Assembly (NCBI GenBank): GCA_021788025.1
Contig: JAJYLE010000001.1
Location: 1 to 59,339, forward strand
Source: Nitrospirota bacterium
Lineage (GTDB): Bacteria; Nitrospirota; Thermodesulfovibrionia; Thermodesulfovibrionales; JdFR-88
Direction: 5' to 3'
DNA: 59,339 nt
Below are positions 8,851-18,552 of the stretch, in pieces. The stretch's first letter is position 1. Every line of letters begins with the position of its first letter. The notes beneath the pieces are model-generated. The model did not search any database and was not told the DNA's origin. It was given only the letters and a program-made list of their open reading frames with translations. The translations under genes were made by a program, and so were the position numbers.

Positions 8851-10008
8851 ATGAGCGGCACGACCATACTGAAACCCGACCTCGGTTTTGTAAACGAGGT
8901 TATCCGTTCCGGCGGTGAGTCGCTTAAAAAGTGCTATCAGTGCGCCACCTGCTCGGTTGTCTGCAATGTCACTCCGGAGGACAAGCCGTTCCCCAGGAAG
9001 GAGATGCTGCAGGCACAGTGGGGGCTTAAGGACCAGCTTATGAAGAACCCCGACATATGGCTTTGCCACCAGTGCAGCGACTGCACGGCCTATTGCCCCA
9101 GAGGGGCCAAGCCGGGCGAAGTGCTGGGGGCCATTCGGAAGATGAGCATAAAGGAGTTTTCGGCGCCCGGCTTCCTTGCAAAAATGGTTGGGCAGCCGGT
9201 GTTCCTGCTGGTGCTCTTTGCCGTGCCCGTGCTGCTTCTGCTTGCCGAAGGGGCCGGACACGTGCCTGCCGGCAAGGTCGCCTTCGGGCTGCCGGGCGGC
9301 TTCCTGTTCTCGATGAAATGGATAGACCCCCTCTTTACGGCGGCGGCGCTGTTTGCGCTGGCCAGCCTTGGCCTGGGCGTAAGGAAATACTGGAAGGCGA
9401 TGGCAGCGGACCTGCCCGCGGACCGGGCCGCCAATATCAACCTGGGCGCGGCCATTAAAGAGACCGTAAGCGAGATACTGGCGCACAAGCGTTTTCAAAA
9501 ATGCGAGACCACCAAAGGCCGTTCCACGGCGCATCTGCTGGTGTTCTACAGCTTTATCGGGCTCTTCATAACCACCTGCCTTGCGTTTGTGAAAATGATA
9601 CTGGATCCCGGCACGGGATACCTGGCCTATCTGCACCATCCCGTGCAGGTGAGCGATTCGTTTCTGACAGGGCTTTTTGCTGTTTACAAAATAATCGGCA
9701 ACGCAAGCGCGGTTGCCCTGGTTGCGGGCATTCTGCTTATGATGTCCAACAGATTTAAAAATGCCAAAAAGGCGGGTATGGGCAGCTACTTCGACTGGCT
9801 GTTCCTTACCATTATTGCCGTGCTGGGTATAACCGGCCTTCTGGCAGAGCTTCTCAGGATTAGCAATATGCCAGCCGCATACCCGGTATATGTGATACAC
9901 CTTTGCTTTGTGTTCTTCCTGTTTGCTTACGCGCCGTTTTCGAAGATGGCCCACATGTTTTACAGGGCAACGGCCATGGTCTTTGCGCGCGCAACCGGAA
10001 GGGGTTAA
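8851..10008 (+). CDS. qmoC: QmoC, HdrC-like FeS domain fused to HdrE/NarI-like membrane domain
   Basis: 385 aa. The N-terminus has CYQCATCSVVC and CHQCSDCTAYCP clusters followed by about six hydrophobic helices. AAGGAGG lies upstream of the ATG. Confidence 0.8.
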   Translation: MSGTTILKPDLGFVNEVIRSGGESLKKCYQCATCSVVCNVTPEDKPFPRKEMLQAQWGLKDQLMKNPDIWLCHQCSDCTAYCPRGAKPGEVLGAIRKMSIKEFSAPGFLAKMVGQPVFLLVLFAVPVLLLLAEGAGHVPAGKVAFGLPGGFLFSMKWIDPLFTAAALFALASLGLGVRKYWKAMAADLPADRAANINLGAAIKETVSEILAHKRFQKCETTKGRSTAHLLVFYSFIGLFITTCLAFVKMILDPGTGYLAYLHHPVQVSDSFLTGLFAVYKIIGNASAVALVAGILLMMSNRFKNAKKAGMGSYFDWLFLTIIAVLGITGLLAELLRISNMPAAYPVYVIHLCFVFFLFAYAPFSKMAHMFYRATAMVFARATGRG

Positions 10009-10038
10009 TTGACACCGCAAAGGGTTTTGGCTTATTGT
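10009..10038 (+). promoter_or_regulatory. Sigma70-like promoter candidate for hppA (TTGACA, 17-18 nt spacer, TATTGT)
   Basis: TTGACA at 10009-10014 and TTATTG/TATTGT at 10032-10038, immediately after the qmoC stop and about 105 nt upstream of the hppA ATG. Confidence 0.3.
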
Positions 10039-10144
10039 CTTTCAGCTTGAAAGGACGGGTTTAAAGCCCGGCTGCAAGGGTTTTTGCGAGGCGAAGGGTT
10101 CTTTTTGAATCCGTAGTTATAAAAAATTTGAAGGAGGAGGTTGA

Positions 10145-12238
10145 ATGAGCATCACAGTATTCGCGTTAATATGCGGGGCCGTGGGAGTCGCTTACGCGCT
10201 CTTTACCGCCTTATGGGTTAGTAAGCAGGACCCTGGCAGCGCCCGGATGCAGTCGATATCCGCGGCGGTCAAGGAAGGGGCCGAGGCGTTTCTTAAAAGG
10301 GAGTACACGGCGGTGGCCGTTGTCGGAGTAGTCATTTTCATACTTATAGCCGTTTTAGGCCTGGGCATCTGGACGGCTGTCGGCTTTGCCGTGGGCGCTA
10401 TCGGGTCTGCATTGGCCGGTTATATCGGCATGATGGTTTCGGTGCGGTCCAACGTAAGGACCACTCAGGCCGCGTACAAGGGGCTTCAGTCCGCCCTGAC
10501 GCTCTCTTTCAAGGGCGGCTCTGTGACTGGCATGATGGTCGTGGGTCTCGGTCTTTTCGTCCTTACCGGGTATTACGCGCTGGTGAGGCACATAGGCGGC
10601 ATTGACGCCAGCGGGGAGCCGAACGTCTTTCACGCGCTTGTCGGGCTTGGCTTCGGGTGCTCCCTGATGAGTGTGTTCGCCAGAATAGCGGGCGGCATCT
10701 ACACGAAGGCCGCCGACGTAGGCGCGGACCTGGTTGGCAAGGTTGAAGCGGGTATTCCCGAAGACGATCCGAGGAACCCTGCCGTTATCGCCGACAACGT
10801 TGGTGACAACGTCGGCGACTGCGCCGGTATGGCGGCTGACCTTTATGAAACCTATACGGTCACATTGGTTGCCGGCATGCTGCTGGCCAAGACGGCGTTC
10901 GGGGCGGACAGTCATTGGGTCCTTTTCCCGCTTTTGCTTGGCGGCATCTCGATAATAGCCTCCATCATTGGCACGTTCTTCGTGAAGCTTGGCAAAAGCA
11001 ATAACATAATGGGCGCCCTTTACAAAGGCCTGGCCGTTTCTGGCGTTCTGGCGGCTGTAGCGTTCTACTTTGGCTCCCAATGGTTCCTCGGCACACCCGA
11101 TACCGCCGCAACGGTGCAATTCGGCATATCGGCCGGGGGAGTTTTCATGATAGCCCTTATCGGGCTTATCCTTACCGGGCTCATTGTCATGATAACCGAA
11201 TACTTTACCTCGAAAACCTATAAGCCAGTCCGCCATATAGCGGCGGCCAGCCAGACCGGACACGGCACAAACGTCATCGCGGGGCTTGCCGTTAGCATGA
11301 AGTCCACGGCGCTTCCCGTCCTGGCGATTGTAGGGGCCATTCTCTGGGCGTATTCGATAGGCGACCCCGGGTTCAGTGCTGCGCAGATGGTCAACGGCCT
11401 CTTCGCGGTGGCTCTCGCGGCCGTGGCAATGCTCTCCATGACCGGCATCGTTGTAGCCATAGACTCCTACGGGCCGATAACCGACAACGCCGGCGGCATC
11501 GCGGAGATGGCGGAGCTGCCTGACGAAGTCCGCAATATTACGGACCCGCTTGACGCGGTTGGAAACACCACGAAGGCGGTTACGAAGGGCTACGCAATCG
11601 GATCGGCGGCCCTGGCGGCCCTCGTCCTTTTTGCGGAATACTCCAGGACTGCCTCGGCGGGAATGGCCAGCGGCATGGCCTTCGACATCTCCAACCCGAA
11701 GGTCCTCGCGGGCCTTTTCATAGGCGGCCTGCTGCCTTACTACTTCGGCTCGCTTCTCATGGAAGCCGTCGGCAGCGCGGCTGGCGGTGTGGTTGAGGAA
11801 GTCAGAAGGCAGTTCCGCGAGATAAAGGGCATCATGGAAGGCACGGGCCGTCCGGAGTACGGCAAGTGCGTTGATATAGTCACCAAGGGCGCCATCAGGC
11901 AGATGATGCTCCCGGCGCTCATCCCGGTTGCGGCCCCGATACTGGTTGGTTTCATACTGGGTAAAGAGGCCCTTGGCGGATTGCTCATAGGCTCCATCAT
12001 CACCGGGCTTTTCCAGGCCATCGCCATGACCAGCGGCGGCGGCGCCTGGGACAATGCCAAGAAATACATCGAGGACGGCGCTTACGGCGGCAAGAAGTCC
12101 GACGCCCACAAGGCAGCCGTTACCGGCGACACGGTTGGCGACCCTTACAAGGACACCGCTGGCCCGGCCATCAACCCGATGATAAAAGTCATCAACATAG
12201 TGGCGCTTCTGATAGTGCCGCTTCTTTCAAAGCTGTAA
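10145..12238 (+). CDS. hppA: Membrane-bound proton-translocating pyrophosphatase, K+-independent type
   Basis: 697 aa, polytopic, with [19 protein letters not shown] and [13 protein letters not shown] motifs. GNTTKA (Lys rather than Ala) is the K+-independent signature. A GAAGGAGGAGG RBS precedes the ATG. Confidence 0.9.
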   Translation: MSITVFALICGAVGVAYALFTALWVSKQDPGSARMQSISAAVKEGAEAFLKREYTAVAVVGVVIFILIAVLGLGIWTAVGFAVGAIGSALAGYIGMMVSVRSNVRTTQAAYKGLQSALTLSFKGGSVTGMMVVGLGLFVLTGYYALVRHIGGIDASGEPNVFHALVGLGFGCSLMSVFARIAGGIYTKAADVGADLVGKVEAGIPEDDPRNPAVIADNVGDNVGDCAGMAADLYETYTVTLVAGMLLAKTAFGADSHWVLFPLLLGGISIIASIIGTFFVKLGKSNNIMGALYKGLAVSGVLAAVAFYFGSQWFLGTPDTAATVQFGISAGGVFMIALIGLILTGLIVMITEYFTSKTYKPVRHIAAASQTGHGTNVIAGLAVSMKSTALPVLAIVGAILWAYSIGDPGFSAAQMVNGLFAVALAAVAMLSMTGIVVAIDSYGPITDNAGGIAEMAELPDEVRNITDPLDAVGNTTKAVTKGYAIGSAALAALVLFAEYSRTASAGMASGMAFDISNPKVLAGLFIGGLLPYYFGSLLMEAVGSAAGGVVEEVRRQFREIKGIMEGTGRPEYGKCVDIVTKGAIRQMMLPALIPVAAPILVGFILGKEALGGLLIGSIITGLFQAIAMTSGGGAWDNAKKYIEDGAYGGKKSDAHKAAVTGDTVGDPYKDTAGPAINPMIKVINIVALLIVPLLSKL

Positions 12239-12252
12239 TCAGTAGAAGACCA

Positions 12253-12289
12253 AAGGCCGCCAGGGTTATCCTTGGCGGCCTTTTTTATT
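12253..12289 (+). terminator. Rho-independent terminator of hppA
   Basis: AAAGGCCGCCAGG-gttatc-CTTGGCGGCCTTT followed by a T-run, 15 nt after the hppA stop. Confidence 0.7.
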
Positions 12290-12309
12290 GCAAGATCTCT
12301 GAAGTATTA

Positions 12310-12610
12310 TTTCCTTTGCGGCGGCGTTCGCCGGTATGCCTGAATTTTCATGTTTAGTTTGTCCTTTATTGGCGGTGCGGTGGCTTGTCTGGCCAAGGCC
12401 TTGTCTCGCTTCCATGAATTACCGTTTTCGGCTGCGCGGATAACATGAATACGGCAAATGAGAAGATATTCTCTTTCCCGTCCAAACTATCGGGAGGGCG
12501 TAGTCCAAATGACCGGCCACCGCCGCGCCAAAGGTTCGAAATGGCTTGCCCGGCCGCTCCGCGAAACCGCACCGCTTTCCCCGGTACGGCGGAATCGGGG
12601 ACAATCAGAA
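12310..12610. repeat. Non-coding repeat family 1, copy 2
   Basis: Same-orientation homologue of 650-915 with an extra segment of about 45 nt. It has a perfect 10-bp helix, 12373-12382 / 12567-12576. Confidence 0.6.
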
Positions 12611-12687
12611 ATTACAGGCAAAAAAGGCTAAGCTTAATCAGGTGGATTAAACCTAATGCAATAAGGAATGAAAACTGAAAGCAGCCC

Positions 12688-13386
12688 CTATTTTTCATCC
12701 AGGCATGCCCCGGCGCATCCGCACTCTTTGCCTTTCGCCTTTCCAAACGCCTCGCGCCCTTCCTTGAAAGAAAAAGCAGCTATGCCAAGCGCGCCGATGG
12801 AATCTATTATTCCAATGCCCGTAAGTTCATAACCCACGCTGGCGGCCAGGAGCACAAAAGAAAGATAAAGGCATGTCTTTGAGCAGGCTGCGTCCGCAAG
12901 CATCGCCCTGGAGTTAAACCTCCTGCCCACCTTTAACTTGTAGTGAATAAGCGCCCACATTCCCAAAATCGACAGGCTTGATATGACGATCCCCCAGAAG
13001 GCGGTCTTCGGCTGGTTGCCCTGGTAAAGATTTATCGAGGACGCGATTGCAAGCCCCGTGGTAAGCAGATAGAAGGCCCCTCCGGTTATCCTCAGGGCGG
13101 CCCTCTCAAACCGGTCCGAATCGGCGGCACCGTTAAGTTTGATATTGCGTTTCATCCGCAAAACCATATGCCACACGCCCACGGCAGATATCACCTCCAC
13201 AAACGAGTCCACACCAAAACCCAGAAGTGAAACGGCCTCGCCCTTTGCCCCGAAAAAGACGGAGACTACCCCTTCGATCAGGTTGTAGAAGATGGTTATA
13301 AAGGAGAGCGCGGCGGCCCATTTGTAAAATTGCCCCATGTCCGGCTGGGCAACGCTTTGGACTTTTATCCTTCTGTCTGTTTCCAT
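12688..13386 (-). CDS. Cation-efflux-like membrane protein (CDF-type transmembrane domain only)
   Basis: 232 aa with about 6 TM segments. SLLGFGVDSFVEVIS resembles the CDF TM2 metal-site region. The Cys-rich tail is KECGCAGACLDEK. The family assignment is tentative. Confidence 0.45.
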   Translation of the reverse strand: METDRRIKVQSVAQPDMGQFYKWAAALSFITIFYNLIEGVVSVFFGAKGEAVSLLGFGVDSFVEVISAVGVWHMVLRMKRNIKLNGAADSDRFERAALRITGGAFYLLTTGLAIASSINLYQGNQPKTAFWGIVISSLSILGMWALIHYKLKVGRRFNSRAMLADAACSKTCLYLSFVLLAASVGYELTGIGIIDSIGALGIAAFSFKEGREAFGKAKGKECGCAGACLDEK

Positions 13387-13468
13387 TTTTTATTTTAACT
13401 GGAAATGCCGATTGCAGGGGAATATAGCCGCATTTGCCATCTTCCCGCATTGCCGCGATAATTTAATT

Positions 13469-14731
13469 ATGGCCCAATTGGCTAGGTTTTTTGCGCTCCG
13501 GAATCTGTATTACAGGCACAAGGCAACATTAGACGCGCTTGCCATATTGAAATACATCGGCCCCGGCTTCCTTGTAACCGTGGGGTTCATAGACCCAGGC
13601 AACTGGGTGGCCGATGTGGCGGCTGGTTCGAGATACGGTTATGAGCTCCTATGGGTAATTACACTCTCCACGCTCATGCTGATAGTGCTCCAGCACAACG
13701 CCGCGCACCTGGGCATCGCAACCGGACTCTGCCTTTCGGAGGCGTCATCCACTTATGCCGGGAAAACCACAAGCAGGCTGTTTCTGGCCAGTGCTGTGCT
13801 GGCCTCCATATCAACGGCACTGGCCGAGGTGCTTGGCGCGGCAATCGGGCTTAACATGCTCTTTGGGCTGAACATAATGGTTGGGGCCGTGCTGTCGTCA
13901 TTGTTTACCATTTATATGCTGTTTTCAAACGGATACAGGAAGATTGAAAGGTGGATTATCGGGCTTGTCTCATTGGTGGGCGTTTCATTACTGTTTCAGT
14001 TGAGCCTGGTTAATATACGCTGGGCGGATGTGCTTAAAGCCTCCTTTGTCCCCTTCATTCCGCACGGCTCCGTACCAGTTGTGCTTGGCGCCCTTGGGGC
14101 GGTGGTTATGCCGCACAATCTTTTTTTGCACTCGGAGATAATACAGAGCAGGCAATGGAATACCAAGGGCGACAGCATGATAAAAAAACAGCTCCGGTTC
14201 GAGTTCACGGATACTCTCTTTGCGATGATTTTAGGCTGGGCCATAAACTGCGCGATAATAATGATGGCAGCTTCGGTCTTTTTTTCGCATTCCATTTATG
14301 TCACGCAACTGACACAGGCGCGCGAGACGATGAGGCCGCTTCTTGGCAATGCCTCCGCCTTTGTCTTTGGCGCTGCGCTGCTTTTTTCCGGTGTGTCCTC
14401 TTCGGTTACTGCCGGCATGGCCGGTGGCAGCATCTTTGCCGGGCTATTCAAGGAGCCTTACAACCACCGTGATCCGCATACACGCGCGGGCATCCTCATC
14501 ACCATTATCGGGGCCCTGTTTGTTATCCTTTTTATCCGGGACGCATTTGCTGGAATATTGTGGAGCCAGATAGCTCTTGGGCTTCAGCTCCCTTTTACGA
14601 TAATTATGCTTGTAATGCTTACATCTTCCAGAAAGGTAATGGGGAGGTTTTCAAACCGGCCGGCCACCACTGCACTCCTGTGGGCCATAGCAGCCGCCAT
14701 AACGGTTATCAACATTGTTCTAATCGTATAA
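13469..14731 (+). CDS. mntH: Nramp-family divalent metal (Mn2+/Fe2+) transporter
   Basis: Open frame from 13337. The ATG at 13469 gives 420 aa. GPGFLVTVGFIDPGNW and MPHNLFLHSE are Nramp consensus motifs. Confidence 0.85.
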   Translation: MAQLARFFALRNLYYRHKATLDALAILKYIGPGFLVTVGFIDPGNWVADVAAGSRYGYELLWVITLSTLMLIVLQHNAAHLGIATGLCLSEASSTYAGKTTSRLFLASAVLASISTALAEVLGAAIGLNMLFGLNIMVGAVLSSLFTIYMLFSNGYRKIERWIIGLVSLVGVSLLFQLSLVNIRWADVLKASFVPFIPHGSVPVVLGALGAVVMPHNLFLHSEIIQSRQWNTKGDSMIKKQLRFEFTDTLFAMILGWAINCAIIMMAASVFFSHSIYVTQLTQARETMRPLLGNASAFVFGAALLFSGVSSSVTAGMAGGSIFAGLFKEPYNHRDPHTRAGILITIIGALFVILFIRDAFAGILWSQIALGLQLPFTIIMLVMLTSSRKVMGRFSNRPATTALLWAIAAAITVINIVLIV

Positions 14732-14826
14732 CTTCTTGTTTTTTAAAAATTAAATATGCGCTGTGCCACTAGCCTTGTTTTTAATTATTGCCTCCCGGTA
14801 TACTACCCTATTCCCAATTCCAAGCC

Positions 14827-17800
14827 ATGCGCGTAGAAAAAATAGAGCTGATAGGATTTAAATCTTTTGCCGAAAGGACCATTGTGGACCTTCAGGGCGG
14901 CATTACCTGCGTAGTTGGCCCCAACGGGAGCGGCAAGAGCAACGTAGTGGACGCCTTCAAATGGGTGCTTGGGGAACAGAGCGCAAAAAGCCTGCGCGGT
15001 GACAAGATGATGGAGGTGGTATTCCAGGGCTCAACCAACAAGAAACCCAGGGGTATGGCCGAGGTTTCGCTGCATGTATCGGGGCTGGGCGGCAATTCCG
15101 AGGACGGCCATGCGGTTGTTACCAGGCGGCTTTACCGCTCCGGCGAAAGCGAATACATGATCAACAAGACCGCCTGCCGGTTAAAAGACATCAGAGACCT
15201 GTTCCTGGACACCGGGCTTGAACTTAAAGGCTATTCCATATTCGAGCAGGAGAGCATCTCCAAGATCATAAACTCCAAACCGGAAGACAGGCGCTTTATC
15301 ATCGAGGAAGTTGCCGGCGTTATCAAGTACCGTGTAAGGCGGGCCGAAGCCGAAAACAAGCTGGAATCCTCCAAGCAGAACCTCCAGCGGGTAAACGATA
15401 TAATCGGCGAGGTCAAAAAGCAGATAAACATGCTGGACAGGCAGGCCAGGAAGGCGGAGCGTTATAAAAAGATAATGGAAGAGCTCCGCGAGCTGGAGCT
15501 GAAGCTGGCAAAGCAGGCGTTTGTCACTCTTTCGCAATCACTGTCCGAATGCGGGAATGAGCTTTCCGGGCTCAGAGAGCGGGAGGCAACCCTTAGGGCC
15601 GGTCTTTCGGAAGCGGAAAATGAATATTCGCTTGGCCGCATGGAGCTGGCCGAAAAGGAAAAAAAGATAGCGGCCCTCCAGGACGAGCTCCAGCGCACCG
15701 AGCGGGAATTGTCTGAAAAAGAGAGGCAGATGGCCGTGCTGACGGCCGAGATCGCGGGCCTGCGGGAGCGCGCCGCAACGCTTGAAAATGACGAAAAAGA
15801 GCTTGGCCAAAGGTCCGTCGCGGCGGACCAGAAGGTCTCCGAGCTGGCGTCGGAGAAAGAAAAGATTTCGGCTTCGATTGCCGGGATGGAAGATGCAATA
15901 AAAGAGAAAAGCCTTCTGGTGGAGTCCGGAAAAGAGCAGATAGATGCGGTTGAGGCCCGGCTTGAAGAGGCCAGGAAGGAGCTTTTCCGGATAGCCGGGG
16001 ATTTAAGCATGCATAACGGCGAGCTTGGGAAGGCCCAGCAGGCCCTTGAGGGGCTTAAAAAACGCAAGGAAAGCCTGGCCGTTGAGATCGAGACCGAAAA
16101 GATAGCCCTTGACCAAAGGCAGAATGACAGGGCAGAACTGGAAAACTCCGCCGGGCTCAAAAAGGAGCAGTTGAGCGCCGCCCATTCGGAGATGGAAAAC
16201 GCCTCGTCCAGAATACAGGCGCTTAAAGGGGAACTGGAGGCGGCCCGCGTACTCATAGCAACAAAAAGAGAGGCGCTTGCCGGGACGGTATCCAGGGCGG
16301 AATCGCTTGGCGAGATGCTTCTGAACCCTGCTGCAAAAGAGGTATTCGGGCAGGCGGGGTTGAATATAGAAAAAGGCATCTCGGACATATTCGAGGCCGC
16401 TCCGGAATACGAACGTGCCATAGAGGCCGGGCTGAAGGAATCTGCCGCAGGTTACATTGTTGCAGATATTGACGAGGCCCTCAGGGCGATAGGCGCAATG
16501 GAAGGCAAGGGCGTGGAGCGTACTGCGTTTGTGCCCTTGAGTATAAATGGCAATGGCCATAGTATTGCAGCCGGCGGAAACGGCAAAACGCCGCCCGCGG
16601 GGGCCATCGGCAGGGCGTCTGATCTTGTAAAGGTCGAGCCCAGGTATCAGGGGCTTTTAAAGGCCCTGCTTGGCGATATGCTCATAGTGAAAGACATACG
16701 CGACGCCAGCGGCCCCCAGTACCAGGGATGGACCTGCCTAAGCCTCACCGGGGAGACCCTCGATCACAGGGGCGTGCTCACCGGCGGAACCGATAAAGGG
16801 CTGCTTGAAAAAAAGAGAAGGCTAAGGGAACTCGAAAGGGAGGCCGAAGGGCTGAAAGGGGAGATTTCGGCCGCCGAAGCGGAATCGGAACGGATTTCCG
16901 GCCTTCTGGTGCAGAATGAAGAGGCCCTGAATACCGCCTCTGCTGTCGCCAGAGAACTTGAAAAGGAGATATCGGGTATCGCCAAGGCGATAGAAGGCGC
17001 GGGGGCCGATATGGAAAGGCTCAGCAAGAAATCCTCGTTCCTGTCCGCCGAGGAAGAGTCCACTGTCAAGGAGATAGAGTATATAGGGCAGGTAATAGCC
17101 GGCAAGCTGGAACTCAGGGAGAAGATGGAGGTTGAGAAATCCGGCAGGCAGCAGGAGATAGAGGAATTTCAGGAGGAGCTGGCCTCCCTTAAGGAATCGT
17201 TTGAGCAGAAGAGGGCGATGCTGGTTGAAACCCGCATGGAGCAAAATGCGCTCAAGCAGGCCCTGGGCAACCTGGAAAAGGAGGTAACCGGTCTTCTGGC
17301 CCTCAAGGAAGAGAATGTTCAGAGGCAGCAGCAGGCGATAAGGCAGAGGCAGGAAGCGTTGGAGCTTGCCGCAAATAAAGAGCAGTCCTCAGAAGGCCTG
17401 ATGGAGGCGCAGAGGCAACTGGTGAGGAAGGCCGAGTCCTTTAAAATGTCCCTGGAAGCAGGCCGTCAGGAGTCTGCGGAGTCTGCCGGAGGGCTGACCG
17501 CCCTGGAAGAACGAATCAGGGCGCTGCGCCAGGAGCTGGACTCCTTTACGCATTCAATATCTTCCGCCGAGGTGAGGCAGGCGGAACTGCGTGTGAGGTC
17601 GGAGAACCTGATATCAAATATAACGGCATCCTATTCGGTGGATCTGGCTTCCTACGAGGCCGAGCAACCGGCCCCGGAGGACGAAGAGCGCGCAGCCGGG
17701 CTTAAGCAGAAGATGGCCGAGATGGGCCCGGTAAGCCTGGGCGCCATTGAGGAGTACGAGGAGCTGAAGACCCGCTTTGAGTTCATGAACGGGCAGAAAG

Positions 17801-18324
17801 AGGACCTCGAAAAATCCATAGCCGAACTTGAAGAAGCGATAAAGAAAATAAACTCATCCACCCGGAAGATGCTGCGGGACGCTTACGATGCGCTGAAGAT
17901 AAAATTCTCGGAGATGTTTAACGCCTTCTTTGGAGGCGGCAGCGCGGAGCTTGTGCTTACCGATGAAAATAATATTCTCGAAACAGGAATAGATATAGTT
18001 GCAAGCCCTCCGGGCAAGAAGCTCCAGAATATACACTTGCTTTCGGGCGGTGAAAAATCACTGACCGCGCTCCGCCTTCTTTTTGCCGGGTTTCTTATAA
18101 AACCCACGCCGCTTTGCGTGCTGGACGAGGCCGATGCCGCCCTTGACGAATCCAACGTGGTTAAATTCTCGCAGATGCTCAAGACGCTTTCCAGGGACAT
18201 CCAGTTCATAGTGGTCACCCATAACAAGATGACCATGGAAGTGGCCGATTCCCTCTTCGGAGTGACAATGCAGGAGCCGGGTGTTTCCAAAATGGTGTCG
18301 ATGCGGTTCGCCGAGGCGTCCTGA
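14827..18324 (+). CDS. smc: Chromosome segregation protein SMC
   Basis: About 1165 aa from the ATG at 14827 (MRVEKIELIGFKSF). Contains Walker A GPNGSGKSN, long coiled coils, a hinge, the signature LSGGEKSLTA and Walker B LCVLDEADAALD. Confidence 0.95.
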   Translation: MRVEKIELIGFKSFAERTIVDLQGGITCVVGPNGSGKSNVVDAFKWVLGEQSAKSLRGDKMMEVVFQGSTNKKPRGMAEVSLHVSGLGGNSEDGHAVVTRRLYRSGESEYMINKTACRLKDIRDLFLDTGLELKGYSIFEQESISKIINSKPEDRRFIIEEVAGVIKYRVRRAEAENKLESSKQNLQRVNDIIGEVKKQINMLDRQARKAERYKKIMEELRELELKLAKQAFVTLSQSLSECGNELSGLREREATLRAGLSEAENEYSLGRMELAEKEKKIAALQDELQRTERELSEKERQMAVLTAEIAGLRERAATLENDEKELGQRSVAADQKVSELASEKEKISASIAGMEDAIKEKSLLVESGKEQIDAVEARLEEARKELFRIAGDLSMHNGELGKAQQALEGLKKRKESLAVEIETEKIALDQRQNDRAELENSAGLKKEQLSAAHSEMENASSRIQALKGELEAARVLIATKREALAGTVSRAESLGEMLLNPAAKEVFGQAGLNIEKGISDIFEAAPEYERAIEAGLKESAAGYIVADIDEALRAIGAMEGKGVERTAFVPLSINGNGHSIAAGGNGKTPPAGAIGRASDLVKVEPRYQGLLKALLGDMLIVKDIRDASGPQYQGWTCLSLTGETLDHRGVLTGGTDKGLLEKKRRLRELEREAEGLKGEISAAEAESERISGLLVQNEEALNTASAVARELEKEISGIAKAIEGAGADMERLSKKSSFLSAEEESTVKEIEYIGQVIAGKLELREKMEVEKSGRQQEIEEFQEELASLKESFEQKRAMLVETRMEQNALKQALGNLEKEVTGLLALKEENVQRQQQAIRQRQEALELAANKEQSSEGLMEAQRQLVRKAESFKMSLEAGRQESAESAGGLTALEERIRALRQELDSFTHSISSAEVRQAELRVRSENLISNITASYSVDLASYEAEQPAPEDEERAAGLKQKMAEMGPVSLGAIEEYEELKTRFEFMNGQKEDLEKSIAELEEAIKKINSSTRKMLRDAYDALKIKFSEMFNAFFGGGSAELVLTDENNILETGIDIVASPPGKKLQNIHLLSGGEKSLTALRLLFAGFLIKPTPLCVLDEADAALDESNVVKFSQMLKTLSRDIQFIVVTHNKMTMEVADSLFGVTMQEPGVSKMVSMRFAEAS

Positions 18325-18552
18325 ACCTGTCTCAAAACTGCTTCCGGCTGCAATCTGCAAAAAAATTTTAAGCCATATCCGTCAAAAATAAATTTTTTTT
18401 GACCAGCAGTGTCTTTAATCTGTACATGAGGAACCGCCAAGTTTTCCCTGGTACGGCAAACTAGAACCAATTCTGTAAGGCAGTTTAAAAAAATTTAATT
18501 CAAATGTTGGTCTGTACGGAAATCCCTCTTTAAATGTTTTACAATTAATGAA

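Noticed and set aside
8578-10020. 480-aa minus-strand ORF covering the qmoB end and all of qmoC
   Set aside because: It lies antisense to genes with strong motif support. The product is Arg/Gly/His/Pro-rich low-complexity sequence, typical of the reverse strand of GC-rich coding DNA. It has no RBS or recognisable domain.
10355-12109. 584-aa minus-strand ORF inside hppA
   Set aside because: It lies antisense to an unambiguous H+-PPase gene. The composition is Arg/Gly/Asp-rich and there is no domain signature.
15462-16421. 319-aa minus-strand ORF (Ser/Ala-rich) and neighbouring antisense ORFs inside smc
   Set aside because: They mirror the Glu/Lys/Ala-rich coiled-coil coding repeats of smc. 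They are low complexity and have no start context.
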